The notes under the pieces: generated by a model
What the model was told of the DNA's origin: nothing
The model's input: only the letters and a program-made list of their open reading frames with translations
The model's database searches: none
Program-made: the position numbers and the translations under genes
Source: Psammoneis japonica
Taxonomy: Eukaryota
NCBI GenBank assembly: GCA_008632985.1
Contig: QPGO01000196.1
Span: 62,001 to 126,000, forward strand
Reading direction: 5' to 3'
DNA: 64,000 bases
Shown: positions 25,301 to 37,762 of the stretch, piece by piece
How the letters are laid out: each line of letters opens with the position of its first letter
Position numbering within the stretch: position 1 is the stretch's first letter

Positions 25301-25924
25301 TGTAGACCCCATTGTGATGGTGTTGAGGAGTGGTGGGTTGGGCCAAAGCATTCAGCAGAGATGGTTTGCCAAGTGGCGGTGGCGGCAGGGAGGATGGCAG
25401 ACGGGGATTGTTGGCCTAGTAATTCGATGCGGTGTGGCACCGACACGTAAGATGTCAACATCGTCAATCGATCGTATTTGCAATTTTCGACATCCGATCA
25501 ACTCTGTGTGATCATTCTGTCCTTTGTACGTATCCACGACTGTGGTACGATTGACATGTAAATTATATATAATTATGAATATGCACACAACAGTTGCACA
25601 CTGCATTCGCCTCCCTAATTGCACATTAGAGTTATTCGTTAAGTGGAATAATTTGACGGACATTGACATTGTCAATGATGTCTCCACGTTAACTGAATGA
25701 GATAGGCACATGTACTTTATGACCGAGTGTGCCCTCTCTGATGTGTGTATATTAACTAACGTATTAGATATTCAGGAAGCCGTTAGAAGTCAGTTCCGAT
25801 CAGCGATTGCGCTGATCGGGTCTCTTCTCGGTTCTCCCACAACTTTTTATCAAGTCATCTCAAGCTAGATCTTGCACTGTAATTACAGTCGTTGTTATAG
25901 CTTGTTCATTGCATTATCAACTTT

Positions 25925-26128
25925 ATGACAACGCGAGGAGTGTTATCGAGAAGAGAGAAAATTTATTTACGAGCTCGTGCAGAAAATTTCATTCGAAGTC
26001 AATCAGAATCGCAGCGTGGTTGCACTCGTGAAATTGGCGATTCGGAGCAGCGTTTGTTCGAACTCGAATCTCGTATTGCCACTCTTGAATTTGTCATTGT
26101 TTGGTTGTTGATTGTTCTCGTTGTGTGA
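25925..26128 (+). CDS. Small upstream ORF (ORF0) of element C: basic + coiled-coil, hydrophobic C-terminus
   Basis: 67 aa, similar to ORF 37763..37978 at the same position in element D (LSRREKIYLRARA vs LTKREKRELRARA). Confidence 0.65.
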   Translation: MTTRGVLSRREKIYLRARAENFIRSQSESQRGCTREIGDSEQRLFELESRIATLEFVIVWLLIVLVV

Positions 26129-26201
26129 TTCAATTGGGAACGTTTTATTTCGTTTATCTTGTGGATTGTTGATTATTTGATCGCTGAAATTGTTCATCGC
26201 C

Positions 26202-27389
26202 ATGCATCAAGAAGCCTTGGAGAAAGCGTGTATTGAACATAAAACCAAATTCGTGGATTCTGAGCTACAGGAAGTGAAGCTCACTCAAACCTTCGATGAT
26301 GGCACTAAAATTTCAAAAATGTGTCCTATTTTCACAGGAGAGCATGGAATTGAATCATTGTTGCACGTGGAGGATAGGTTCCGGAAGGTGGCAAGACAGC
26401 TGGATTATGACACCGGAACGGAATTATTTGATGCTTTCGAGGATTGTCTCCAGGGAACAGCGGAGGCAAAATGGCAGAACATTACCGCGGGTATCCCACA
26501 GAATCAACGGATGGTAGCTCGATTTGATCAGGCTATCTCAGCCTGTTATCTACACTGTGTGAAACCAACAGCTCGCGACACGATGAAGATGCATTTGCCC
26601 ACTTGCAAAAAGCCTTACTCAGCGGAATCTGAAACTCATGTTGATCGTATGGAGACGTTGTTTTGTCACACTAACCGTTTGCCTGGTACCGTTCCTGCAC
26701 TTACAGAGCAGGAGCAGAAAAATATCATCTTTTATACCTTCCCTTTGACCTGGCAGCAGTCCTACATTCGTGCGGGCAAGAACCTTGTTACGGATTCTAT
26801 GGTGGATATCCAAGCCTACATGAGTAATGAGAAAGTGTTTGCCGATGGTCAAGATAACAAGAAACGCAAGTCCAGTAATGGCAATGGAGGGAACTCCAGT
26901 AACAAAAAGGGTAACCGTGACAAGAAGGATGGCAAGGGCCAACCGAAGGCAGGTGACCCGTGTCCGGTCCCGTGGCACCATGGAAGGCATGCGTGGGGCC
27001 AATGTTGTGATAATCCAAACAACCCTAAATTTCGTGGGCCTCAGAACCGTGGCGGTTGAGGAGGAGGCCGTGGCGGTGGACGCTTTGGTGGTCGTGGTAA
27101 CCAGAACCAAGGAGGTCATGGCACCTGTTATAACAACAACAATGGAAATCAAAATAACAATGGCAACCAAGGTGGTGGTCAACATTATTATAATGAAAAC
27201 AACAACCGTGGAGGCCAAGGACAGGCCGACGGATGTGCTGCTCAAGCAGACAATATGAATGATAACAACCAGGCTCGAGAAGCTCCTCGTGGTGATGTGC
27301 ACCATTTCGATATGATCGGACGAGGCCCTCCACGATGCGGAGGTGTGGTGAGGTTTCAGCCGGACGGGCAGTTTCCTCGGCAGTTCTGA
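26202..27389 (+). pseudogene. gag: Gag of element C, with a premature TGA at 27057
   Basis: Homologous to D gag (EVKLTQ, HGIE.LL.VEDRFRK, RMETL). It has a CPVPWHHGRHAWGQC knuckle. The RGG/Asn-rich tail continues in frame past the stop. Confidence 0.85.
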
Positions 27390-29799
27390 GAAGAAGGAGC
27401 TGAATGCTCCGGAGCTGAATGCTCCCAATTGCCTATGAGAGAAGTGTTTGTTGAAGAAAATGATTGTGTTTTACCTGAATGAAATGATGAATGTTTTGCT
27501 TTTGATTGTTTTGAAAACCCTGACGAATTGTTACCTGTTGAATTTGAAAATACTGCAGAAAATTACATGAATGAAGAGGGGGATGTGTTTGATCAAGATG
27601 CATTTGAACACAACATTCCTCTCCCCAAAATGAGTTCGCAAGTCTCGCGTACCGCATTGGTTCCATCTACACTACTTGTTGCAAAATCAATACAACGGCA
27701 TGAGTCGAATCGTGTGATGCGTGTTTTGTTCGATTCGGGTGGTTCTCACACTATGATTTCGTCTCAAGTTTTACCTCGAGGAGCCGCACCATCCATTGAC
27801 GAACATGGAGTCCGAGCTTTTCAAACCATGGCAGGTCCTTTCCAATCGGGTCGTTGGGTGGCCTTGAGTGACATCGTGTTACCGGAATTCGACAAAACTA
27901 GGAGGATTGACGGCTGTGTGGCTCACGCATTTGATGCTCCGTGTGCGTATGACATCATTTTGGGTTGAGATTTCTTGGACAAGATTGGTCTCAACCTGAA
28001 CTATGACACGAGGACACTACATTGGCTAGACCGTGTGATCCCAATGAAGGAACCTCGTCATTGGTCCAAATCCTGCAATTGGCATGTGGCTTTAGATCGA
28101 ATGGATGAATTTGATGAAGATTGTGAAGACGAGTTGGACTATGGATACGATGATGGATGTGATAACTACATGCTCGACGCCAAGTATGAAGCAACGGATC
28201 CAGCGGAAGTGGTTCGGAACTTAGATCATCTCATGGAAGAGCAAAAGAAGAAGCTGTTAGCGGTGTTGGAAAAACATTCGACCTTGTTTGACGGAACTTT
28301 GGGGCACTATCCTCATGAAAAGGTACACCTCGAAGTGGATGAAAATGCTGTTCCATGTCACTCAAAACCATTTCCTGTTGCTCGAGTCAATGAAGAAGCG
28401 TTCAAAAAGGAACTAAAGCATTTGGTGAATCTCGGCGTACTTCGACCATGTGGACCTATGGAATGGGCAGCCGGCACCTTCATTGCTCCAAAGAAGGACG
28501 GCCGAGTACGATGGGCACCCGATTTTCGGGAGCTCAACAAGGTCCTTAAGCGAAAAGCACATCCTCTACCAGTTATTCAAGATGTGCTACAAAGGAGAGC
28601 GGGATACAAGTTCTTCACGAAATTGGATCTCACTGTGTTCTACTGCAATTTGGAGCTGGACGATGAAAGCAAGGAGCTCGCTACGATTGCAACTCCGTAC
28701 GGGAAGTTCCAGCATTGTCGTATGGCTGTGGGATTAAAACCAGCTCCGGATGTTGCTCAGTCCATCATTGAAAAGATTTTGCATGGTTTGGATGTTGAAA
28801 CTTACATTGATGACATTGGCGCATTTGACACTGACTTTGATTGCCATCTCTCTCGTCTTGACAAGGTGCTACATCGTCTCGAGGAGAATGGTTTGAAAGT
28901 TAACCCGTTGAAATGCGAGTGGTGTGTCCAAGAAACCGATTTTCTAGGGCATTGGCTTACTCCAACTGGCATTAAACCGTGGAAAAAGAAGGTCGAGGCG
29001 ATCCTACGAATGCAACCTCCACGGGATGCTACTCAGCTCCGGTCGTTTCTCGGTGCAGTGACCTGTTGTCGTAATGTGTGGCCTCGCCGTTCTCACCTGC
29101 TTGCACCTCTGACTGAATTGACAGGCAAGAGTCAGTTCCAATGGACAGAATCATGTCAGAAAGCGTTCAAGGAGATGAAGGCGGTAATCGCGGCGGAAGC
29201 GTTGATGGCCTGCCCTAACCATAACCTGCCATTCCATGTCTACACTGATGCATCAGACTACCAGATGGGCGCCGCTATCATTCAAGATGGTAAACCTGTA
29301 TGGATCCGCCTTCGGAGGGGAAGAGCCTTGGGCCAAGTGGCAAACGCAAAGGAAAAATTGTTCATTTTGAAAAGTTGGATTCCAAGGAACTGTGCACTAT
29401 GCTCGAAGAACGAGTGTAAACGAAAGTAGAACGAAGTTCAAAAAGTGAAAATTATGAGAATTATTTCTACGCAATCATTTTGGGTTTCTCCGAACGGGTT
29501 CTCAATAGCCTAAACCTTTTGTACTGCTCCTGCAGACAAAAGGCCTTTCGGAGAATATGATCGTGACAACAGATTGTCCGGATACGATTGACATTGACAC
29601 ATAAGATGTCAACATCATCGTACGATCGCATTTGCGATTCTCGACATCCGATCACTTCTGCGTGACCGATCTGTACTTCGTACGAACCCACGATTGACGT
29701 ACGATTGAAGTGTACTTTTATTTAAAATATATAGATATACACATGTAATACGTACATAACAACGCATGTTGCATTCGCCTCCCTAATTGCACATTAGAG

Positions 29800-32700
29800 T
29801 CAGTCGTTAAACGGCATTATCCGACGAATATTGACAGTGTCAATAACGTCACCGCGTTTGATCTGCACTGTGCCATTAGTATGTACCGTTGTTATTTCGT
29901 ACGGTCCAACATAGGGCTGTTCTAATTTTTGCGAGTCTTTCTCGAGTAGTATCTTTTCTCCTACTCTGTACGTGTAAGGAGTACGTCGAGCATTCTCTCG
30001 AGCGTTATTTTTATTTATGATTTCTTATTTTCGCTGCTGGATTAATTTCCAGTCTGCGACATGTTGGACGTTAAATGTCATGTCTCTATTGAAGACTAGT
30101 TGTCCTGGTGTAGCTTGCATAGTGGTATGATACGTAGAACGTACCGCAAATGCTACCGCTGATAGTATTCCAGCGAAAGGATCCTCAGCATCTAGAGGTG
30201 TATGTTGCAAATCAAATGTATGGAGCATGTTCCCCAGCACTTGATGTACGCGTTCAATAATTGCGTTTGCTTGTGGATTTCGTGTAGTTATAGGCTTGAC
30301 TTTAATGCCATAATCATCTTGCACCATTTCTCTAAATTGGTGTCCGATGAACTCACTTCCACAGTCATATGTAATTAACGATGGCCAAGGATATCTACTT
30401 AACCATGTTCGTTCTAGCAGTCCAGCTACAGTTATGGACTCCTTATTTGGGATTTCCACGACTTCAAACCATCCGGTTGCTGGATCGATCATTGTTAAAC
30501 ATTTCAGGACTAGGGGTTCTTTCTTTCCCTTACAACGTATTTTGTATGGCCCAATAAGGTCCACACATAGTCGTTCCCATGGTACGGATTCTGCGCACTT
30601 AGGAGGTAAATGTCCACATTTCTTGTGTTTCTTTTTGAATTTTTGGCACGTCTCACATCTCAACACGTATTTTCGTATGTCTTCACGTAAGGTGGACCAC
30701 CACAGGTGTTGTGAGATTGTTTCTTCTGTTCGATTTATGCCAGGGTGAAGAAGGTACGTATGACACCAATCTATCACTGCCTTTTGTAACGTCCTCGGGA
30801 TGACAATTTTATCCTTATGACATATGAGCAACCGGTCTCGCTCGCCTCCACGAAAAGTCTTCGTATGAAACGTCTTATTTGACAATTGGGAGAGAATGTC
30901 TTTGTCCCGTTTTTGTTCATAATCAAGAACTTTGTAATTTAACGGAAAGACATTGTCGTAGGATTTTGGCAGGACCTTTTCAGCTAGCTCTTCTGTGCTG
31001 AGGGTTTCCATAGGTTCTATTTTCTTCACAGTAAGTCGGCTAATCGCATCTGCGACAATATTTGCCTTGCCCTCAAGGTGTGTTATTTTGGGACTGTATT
31101 CTTCTATTATTAGACGCCAACGCATGACTCTGTCCGTTGTGAAATTTTTATGTGTGAGATTTTTGTGATCCGTGTATATATTTATCTGTTGGCCAAACAG
31201 CACATTACGGAACTCTTTTAACGTCTCCACTATGGACAATAGTTCTTTTTCCGTTGTAGTATAACGCGTCTGCGCTCCATTCAGCTTGCGGCTGTAGAAG
31301 GCAATTGGTCGGTTTTTCTGAGTAATAACCGCCCCCAATTGAGAATTACTAGCATCAGTATATATCTCAAAGGGCACATTAAAATTCGGGTATGATAACA
31401 GCATATCTTTGGAGATGATGCGCTTCATATTTTCGAAGGCTTTTTGTTCTGTTTCGGTCCATTGCCACTTTACTTGGGTAGAAGTGAGTTTGGCTAAAGG
31501 AGCTAAAACATGAGATCGTCGAGGCCACATGTCTCGATAGTAGTTGATCATGCCGATAAAGCGTCGCAATTCCTTGCGAGTTTTAGGAGTTGCGATCGCG
31601 TGAATCGCTTCTACTTTTTTTGGAATCGGACTGATGCCCTTACGGGTGACATGAAAGCCTAGATAGTCTACTTCGGGTTTAGCGAAAAAGGACTTCTCGG
31701 CGTTGACCTTCAATCCGGCTTGTTCTAGGCATAAGAACACCGTTTCAAGCTTCTTGAGGTGGTCTTGAAAATCACCTTTTGTAAGACACAATATATCATC
31801 AATGTAAGTTCTGACGAACTCCAGACCTGCCATGAGCTCACTCATGTGCTCTTGGAAAATATCTGGAGCTCCACAGATTCCCATCGGGAGTCTACAGTGC
31901 TCATATTTGCCCCAAGGCATGACGATCGTGCACAAGCGACGTGCATGCGGCGTCAATTCGACATGATAGTATCCCATGTTTAAATCTAGGGACGTTGCAT
32001 ACATGAAGCCTTCGAGCTTCTGTAACATATCCTGAATATTGGGCAGAGGAAACGGAGTACGAATTAACCTCTTATTTAGCTCACGAAAGTCAGATAAGAA
32101 CCGAACTCTACCATTTTTCTTGGGTTGAATAAAGGTTGGAGCCGCCCATTCAGAACAGTTTATTTTTCTTAAGACTTTCAACTTGCATAGTCTTTCAACC
32201 TCCTTACGAGCAGTCGCCTCCAAGGCTTGTGGTGCGGGAAATGGTTTGGCATGATACGGACTCACGCCCGATTTCAACTTCAAATCCACCGGTTTCCCGG
32301 TCCATTTGCCTAGAGAACCATTGAAAAGGTTTTCAAATCTTTTTAAGAGGAAGTTCAGCTGCTTCTGCTCTTCAGGAGTTAGATGAGTAGCTGCTGCAGT
32401 CACATTATTGAGGTTTGCAGAGTGACAGTCTGAGTCAAGGATCCGATTGACCCTGTCATTAAGACCAATCACTGCATGAGATTCCTCAATATGATCGGCA
32501 ATCAACTTAAAAACATCGGCATCGAAGAGTGCATCAACATTCTTCATAGGAGTAGTTGCATCTTCCCATTTAATCTCTTCATTCGAGAAGTCCAACATTG
32601 TCCCAAGACTTGACATTAAGTCGCGTCCCATGATCATGTCATAACGACTCAAAGAAGAAGGGGAGTTGTCAACATGTGCCGTTGTTTCAATCATCTTATG

Positions 32701-33000
32701 TTTGTCAAATTCGGGTAAGGAGAATTGGATCTTACATCGACTGTCAGTCGTAAAGAGCCCTCCTTTGGTTTCCCAGAGTTTGGTGGCGGATACTTTGGTT
32801 CTGAGTTTCCGCGTGAATTTGCGCAAAATTATGGTTGACGATGTTCCGCTATCGAGGAGAACGCGTAGAGGCTTATTTTTCGCTTTACCTAATGAAGCAT
32901 TCATATAGGCGACGACTGCTGGACTAGCATGAATTACTTTGGCCCTTTTTCTGGGCTTCCTAATATCCAGTAGAGCGTAAGACTCCTCTTGCGGTGCAAG
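29800..33000 (-). CDS. pol: Pol of element B (PR-RT-RH-IN), with one premature TAA at 30025
   Basis: LLDSGTS, LDLNMGYY, YIDDIL, YTDAS, HPG..CETCQ, VDLIGP and NPQANAIIER are present. The frame continues after the TAA to a TGA at 29800. Confidence 0.93.
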
Positions 33001-34155
33001 TCATTCCTCAGAATCACTGCGCGTCATTTTTTCAAACTGACAATTCTCCTCGTCAAGGGTGTCAGAATCATAATCTTTGCTCTTGTGCTTTTTATCATTG
33101 TTCGAGGAACTCGCTTTGAGCATTTTTTGAACTGCTTGGATCGCCATAGCATTCAACTCTTCTTTGCGAGCGGCGTTGTCGTTATCGCGACGAGACCACG
33201 TGCGCTTGCCATTTGAACGGCGCCGTTTTGGGTCGGGTTCATAGTTCCCACGGCGTTCTTTCGCAAGTCTTTTGATCGACCAGCACTTGTCCGTGTTGTG
33301 AGTGGATTTCTCGCATGAAATGCACCACTTCTCGGACTGAGATTTTTCGGTGCCATGTTGGTGACCATTTTTGGAACCACGTTGGGAACCACTCTTGGCT
33401 TTTGATGCAGCACCGCCACTGCCATCAGCCTTGGCATGAATGCCATCGAATATGTCTTCTGCGACCTCTAGGCGTTCCAAGAACTCAACCAACTCGTCAC
33501 AGGTATGTTTCAAAATTTCGAAACCCTGGACGGTCGACTGACGCTGCCACTTTCGAGGTGCAAGATTGAAGAGGATGTCCTTGAGCTCGTCGTCCTCGAT
33601 CTTCTGTTCCTTCCCAAAGGGAGGATAGAACTTGAGGTCTTCGTTGACTTCCTGGACCCAAGCAGCAATTTCGCGCACTTTCATGGACTCCGGCTTCTTG
33701 AGATCACGACGCAAATAACGTTTCTGCACCGAAAGTGCGTTCTTGGGAAACACATGCCTCGTGAGATGTTGTAGGCATTTCTCGAAGCTTCCTTCCGCAG
33801 ATTCGTCTTCAAGGTTCGCTGCCGCATTCTCGAAAGCACGTAGAGCGTCTCCTTGGAGTAACACACGCATGAGACGAAACTTATCAGATTGCTTCCTGAC
33901 ATTCTGGCCCACTAGAAGTTGATCGTAGCTCTTGAGAAATTCGATGAACTTGGGGACACCTTGTTTCTTGTAGCACTCGACATTGATGGTGTAGGTACGG
34001 CTATCCTTCTTCTCGGGATGAAAACGTTGCTCCATCTTGAGGCACTGGCTCGGTTTGAGGCTCTTCGGCTCGGAGTTCGATTCCAGCGGTTGAGGAACGA
34101 TTTTCTCCTGCCTTAACGAAGTTTTAGCGTTGGTTACATGAGGTGAAAGCTTCAT
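33001..34155 (-). CDS. gag: Gag of element B
   Basis: Open ORF from ATG at 34155 with LLQGDAL..F, QKRYLRR and a CxxC-H-C knuckle (CISCEKSTHNTDKC). Confidence 0.88.
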   Translation of the reverse strand: MKLSPHVTNAKTSLRQEKIVPQPLESNSEPKSLKPSQCLKMEQRFHPEKKDSRTYTINVECYKKQGVPKFIEFLKSYDQLLVGQNVRKQSDKFRLMRVLLQGDALRAFENAAANLEDESAEGSFEKCLQHLTRHVFPKNALSVQKRYLRRDLKKPESMKVREIAAWVQEVNEDLKFYPPFGKEQKIEDDELKDILFNLAPRKWQRQSTVQGFEILKHTCDELVEFLERLEVAEDIFDGIHAKADGSGGAASKAKSGSQRGSKNGHQHGTEKSQSEKWCISCEKSTHNTDKCWSIKRLAKERRGNYEPDPKRRRSNGKRTWSRRDNDNAARKEELNAMAIQAVQKMLKASSSNNDKKHKSKDYDSDTLDEENCQFEKMTRSDSEE

Positions 34156-35335
34156 CTTGAACTTATTACCTTCTGTGGTGTGTATACACAATGCACTATG
34201 CTCGAAGAACGAGTGTAAACGAAAGTAGAACGAAGTTCAAAAAGTGAAAATTATGAGAATTATTTCTACGCAATCATTTTGGGTTTCTCCGAACGGGTTC
34301 TCAATAGCCTAAACCTTTTGTACTGCTCCTGCAGACAAAAGGCCTTTCGGAGAATATGATCGTGACAACAGATTGTCCGGATACGATTGATATTGACACA
34401 TAAGATGTCAACATCATCGTACGATCGCATTTGCGATTCTCGACATCCGATCACTTCTGCGTGACGGATCTGTACTTCGTACGAACCCACGATTGACGTA
34501 CGATTGAAATATACTTTTATTTAATGTGTAGATATACACACATAATACATGCATAACAACGCACATTGCAACTGAGCAAAGCCGAGGAAGAGGAAGATTT
34601 GGAGTTGGGCGCTTGCAGGTTCAAGTGTTGCCGTGCTCCGGTTGATCCTTCTGATGAGTCTCACGCCGCCTTTTCCTCTCTGCTTGATGAGCCTGAATTG
34701 TTTGAATGCTTTTTGAATTACCCGACGCTGGACGAAATGCCGAATCCTACTGAGATGCTAAGGATACAACAGTTCCAGTTCGAAGACCTCCAACTGAATC
34801 AGCAAAGACAACAAAATCAGCAGCAGTTCGTGGTCAAGATTGTGAATCATCGCCCCCTGATTTGTTGTCGTTTGCATCTGAATGATCCGCCTGGAGCCTG
34901 GAAAATTTGCATTCCTGCTGCGTTGTTGCCGGACACCATTGCATGGTGCCATCACGCATTGGGCCATTGTGGAGTCGTGCGATTGTATGAAAGTATTCGG
35001 ACTCATGTGCATCATCCTGCATTGCATCGACGTTGTAACGAATTTGTTTGCGATGCGTGTCAACGATTTAAACAACTGGGTCCTGGATGTGGAGAGTTAC
35101 CTCAACGTCAAGCACCTTTGGCTCCGTGGACGGAAGTAGCGGTTGATCTCATTGGACCGTGGAAAACACCGATTCAAGACCAAGAGATTGAATTCAGCAC
35201 TCTCACTTGCATTGATGCTGTCACTGGATTGACTGAACTCGTGCGCATTGACAACAAAACTTCTCAGCATGTGACTAACAAGTTTCGCAACCTTTGGTTA
35301 GCTCGTTATCCCAGACCGAATCGATGCATCCATGA

Positions 35336-35727
35336 GACGAGTTCCAGGTCTAGGTGGGACCTCGTATACTGCTGAACTGTGACATCGATAGTTTTTTGAA
35401 TCACGTCGTATGTCGCGCACATAGATTTCTACGTGATCTTTTCGATATTTTGTGTCATTTTACGGTACACTTATTGAGCGATCCGTCCAACAACTTTTGA
35501 CATTTTTTGTTACAGCGCGATTCTATAATGTCTTAAGAATCGCGTAGGGCAGGTGCATTTGCAAAAACGTCGAGTGGCAAGAGGCATAATTGTACCACAA
35601 ACTTGGCTGTTTATTTGATGTTGAAGATAAATATATCCATTAATTAAATTCTCGTACTACGGAGCTCGCACGTAGAATTCTACGGGCCCAATGTCACACG
35701 GAGTCCCACCTAGGACTGGAACCCATC
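35336..35727. mobile_element. MITE family M, copy 2
   Basis: Near-identical to 21989-22378. TSD ATGA. It splits the integrase of element C. Confidence 0.92.
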
Positions 35728-36156
35728 ATGACAATGGTGGAGAATTCATTGGTTGGGAGTTCCAAATGCTACTAAATCAAGCGGGCATTGCTGATGCGCC
35801 GACGATGTCTCGAAATCCTACAGCCAACTCCATTTGTGAACGAATGCACCAGATGGTAGCTGACATCTTACGTACTGTGGTTGTCACTAACCCACCTTTA
35901 AATGTTCAACAGGCCAAGCAGATTGTGGACGATGCCCTTGCTACAGCCTCTTATGCTTTACGATGCTCCCACTCAAGGTCTGTGGGTGTTTCAAGTGGAG
36001 CTCTAGTGTTTCAACATGATATGATTTTGGACTTACCAGTTATCTCTGACCTTGCTACGATGCAAGCCAACCGACAAGCATTGATCGATGAGAATCTACG
36101 ACGACAGAATGCAAAGCGCCATTCCCACGATCATCTAGTTGGTCAAGATGTATTAA

Positions 36157-36602
36157 CACCCGCATCCACGGATTCACCAGGCAACACTCGGGTATGGCAA
36201 AAAGTGTGCATTTGGTCAAAATCGATTATTGAGTGCAAATGGTGGCATCTTTGGGGTCCCTTTAGTGAGCCGAACACGCACATTTCTCATCTGACCATCA
36301 CAGGTCGTCTTACGGGGTGTCAAAATGTCGTGCTTTAATGTGTGAATTTTCAATTTTATATAACCTTGGTGGCTGGATACATTATATAACAATTAATTTT
36401 CAAGACGCGTCAAAGCACGACGTTTTGACACCCCCCATAAGACGGACCCATGATGGTCAAATGAGAAATGTGCGTGTTCGGCTCACTAAAGGGACCCTAA
36501 AGACACCACCATTTGCACTCAATGATCAATTTTGACCAAATGCACACTTTTTGCCATACCCGACTTTTGCCAATTTTGCCTGGTGAATCCTTGGATGCGG
36601 TG
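36157..36602. mobile_element. TTAA-flanked foldback element with long TIRs (piggyBac-like target site)
   Basis: TTAA|CACCCGCATCCACGGATTCACCAGGCAA...TTGCCTGGTGAATCCTTGGATGCGGTG|TTAA. The inverted arms are ~180 bp. Confidence 0.88.
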
Positions 36603-37762
36603 TTAATCAAGTCGGTGGATCCTTCAAAGTTGGAAGAACGAGCCTGTGGTCCGTTTCGAATTGTACAAGTCCATGTCAACGGGACTGTTTCGGTGCTGCG
36701 AGCACCGCACGTTATTGAGCGAATTAACATTCGCCGCATGGTGCCGTATCGGAGTTGAGGGTTTTTTCCCAACGTCTGGGTTCCCTTCTCCGTGCGCATT
36801 GGGTTTGAATTTTAATCAAGTGGTTCCAATGGTGCGCGTGTTCCTTGCACCATGGAGGGGAAGAGTGAATGAGATAGGCACATGTACTTTATGACCGAGT
36901 GTGCCCTCTCTGATGTGTGCACATTAACTGACGTATTAGACATTTAGGAAGCCGTTAGAAGTCAGTTCCGATCAGCGATTGCACTGATCGGGTCTCTTCT
37001 CGGTTCTCCCACAACTTTTTATCAAGTCATCTCAAGCTAGATCTTGCATTAACTGTATTGTGCTATTAGCAATGACTGTTGTTGTTTTATAGGCCAGCAT
37101 AGGGCCGTTTCAATTTCCAAATGTCTTTCGAGAGTGTCATGGTTTGTCTCACGCTCTATGTGCATATATAACGCTCTATGTGTATGCATATATATAAATA
37201 TACTGTAGTATTGCGTCGAGCATTCTCTCTGACATTATTTTGTTCATGTGGACACAAGGACCAATTGTCCTGCTGTTCTTTCATGGTGTCGATTGTACAT
37301 AGCATTCTGCCCAGGAAGTCGCCGCAAAAGCGTGGAAAGTCTGTCGCGGATACTTTCCACTTTATTAATTATATCTATATACAAAAAAATATAACACAAT
37401 ATTAATTTGTTATGAATAACTTATATATTCCTTTTTATATTGCCCTTACAACCTAAGTAATTTTGGTTCGAAACCGTTGAGTGATAATGTTTATATAAAG
37501 TGATAAAGTGTTCATTAAGAAAGGGTCATTATGACCGTTTTTGATCAATGACTTTCCACGATAGAATTACTGCAATGTCTCGCACCTTATTTTTCTGATA
37601 CACAGTATTAATGAACCTATTAGATATAACGGAAGCCGTTGTAACGGGCTTCGCTGAAAGCGACCCTCGTTACCTCGGTCTTTCGCTCACAAATTTTGTT
37701 ATCACTGAAGTCTTTATCTCGTTAGACCTTGCACTGTAATTACAGTCGATTCAAAGAACTGG

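Larger units (their letters stand above)
29393..34570 (-). mobile_element. Ty3/gypsy element B, near-intact autonomous partner of the N family
   Basis: LTRs at 29393-29773 and 34192-34570 (TGCA termini). 4 bp TSD ACTG. LTR, leader and PPT are homologous to those of N1-N4. Confidence 0.96.
27390..36758 (+). pseudogene. pol: Pol of element C (PR, RT, partial RNase H, IN), disrupted
   Basis: VLFDSGGS, YIDDI and YTDASDYQMG are present. The rest of RNase H is deleted near 29300. The integrase is split at CIH|DNGGEF by a MITE and at [11 protein letters not shown] by the foldback element. Confidence 0.9.
25694..37048 (+). mobile_element. Ty3/gypsy element C (disrupted; hosts B, a MITE and a foldback element)
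   Basis: 183 bp LTRs at 25694-25876 and 36866-37048. 5 bp TSD TTAAC. PPT GGAGGGGAAGAG. Confidence 0.95.

Noticed and set aside
23994..25441. Possible decayed coding sequence between the copia and N4
   Set aside because: Only short fragments with no motif I can assign, so it is left unannotated.
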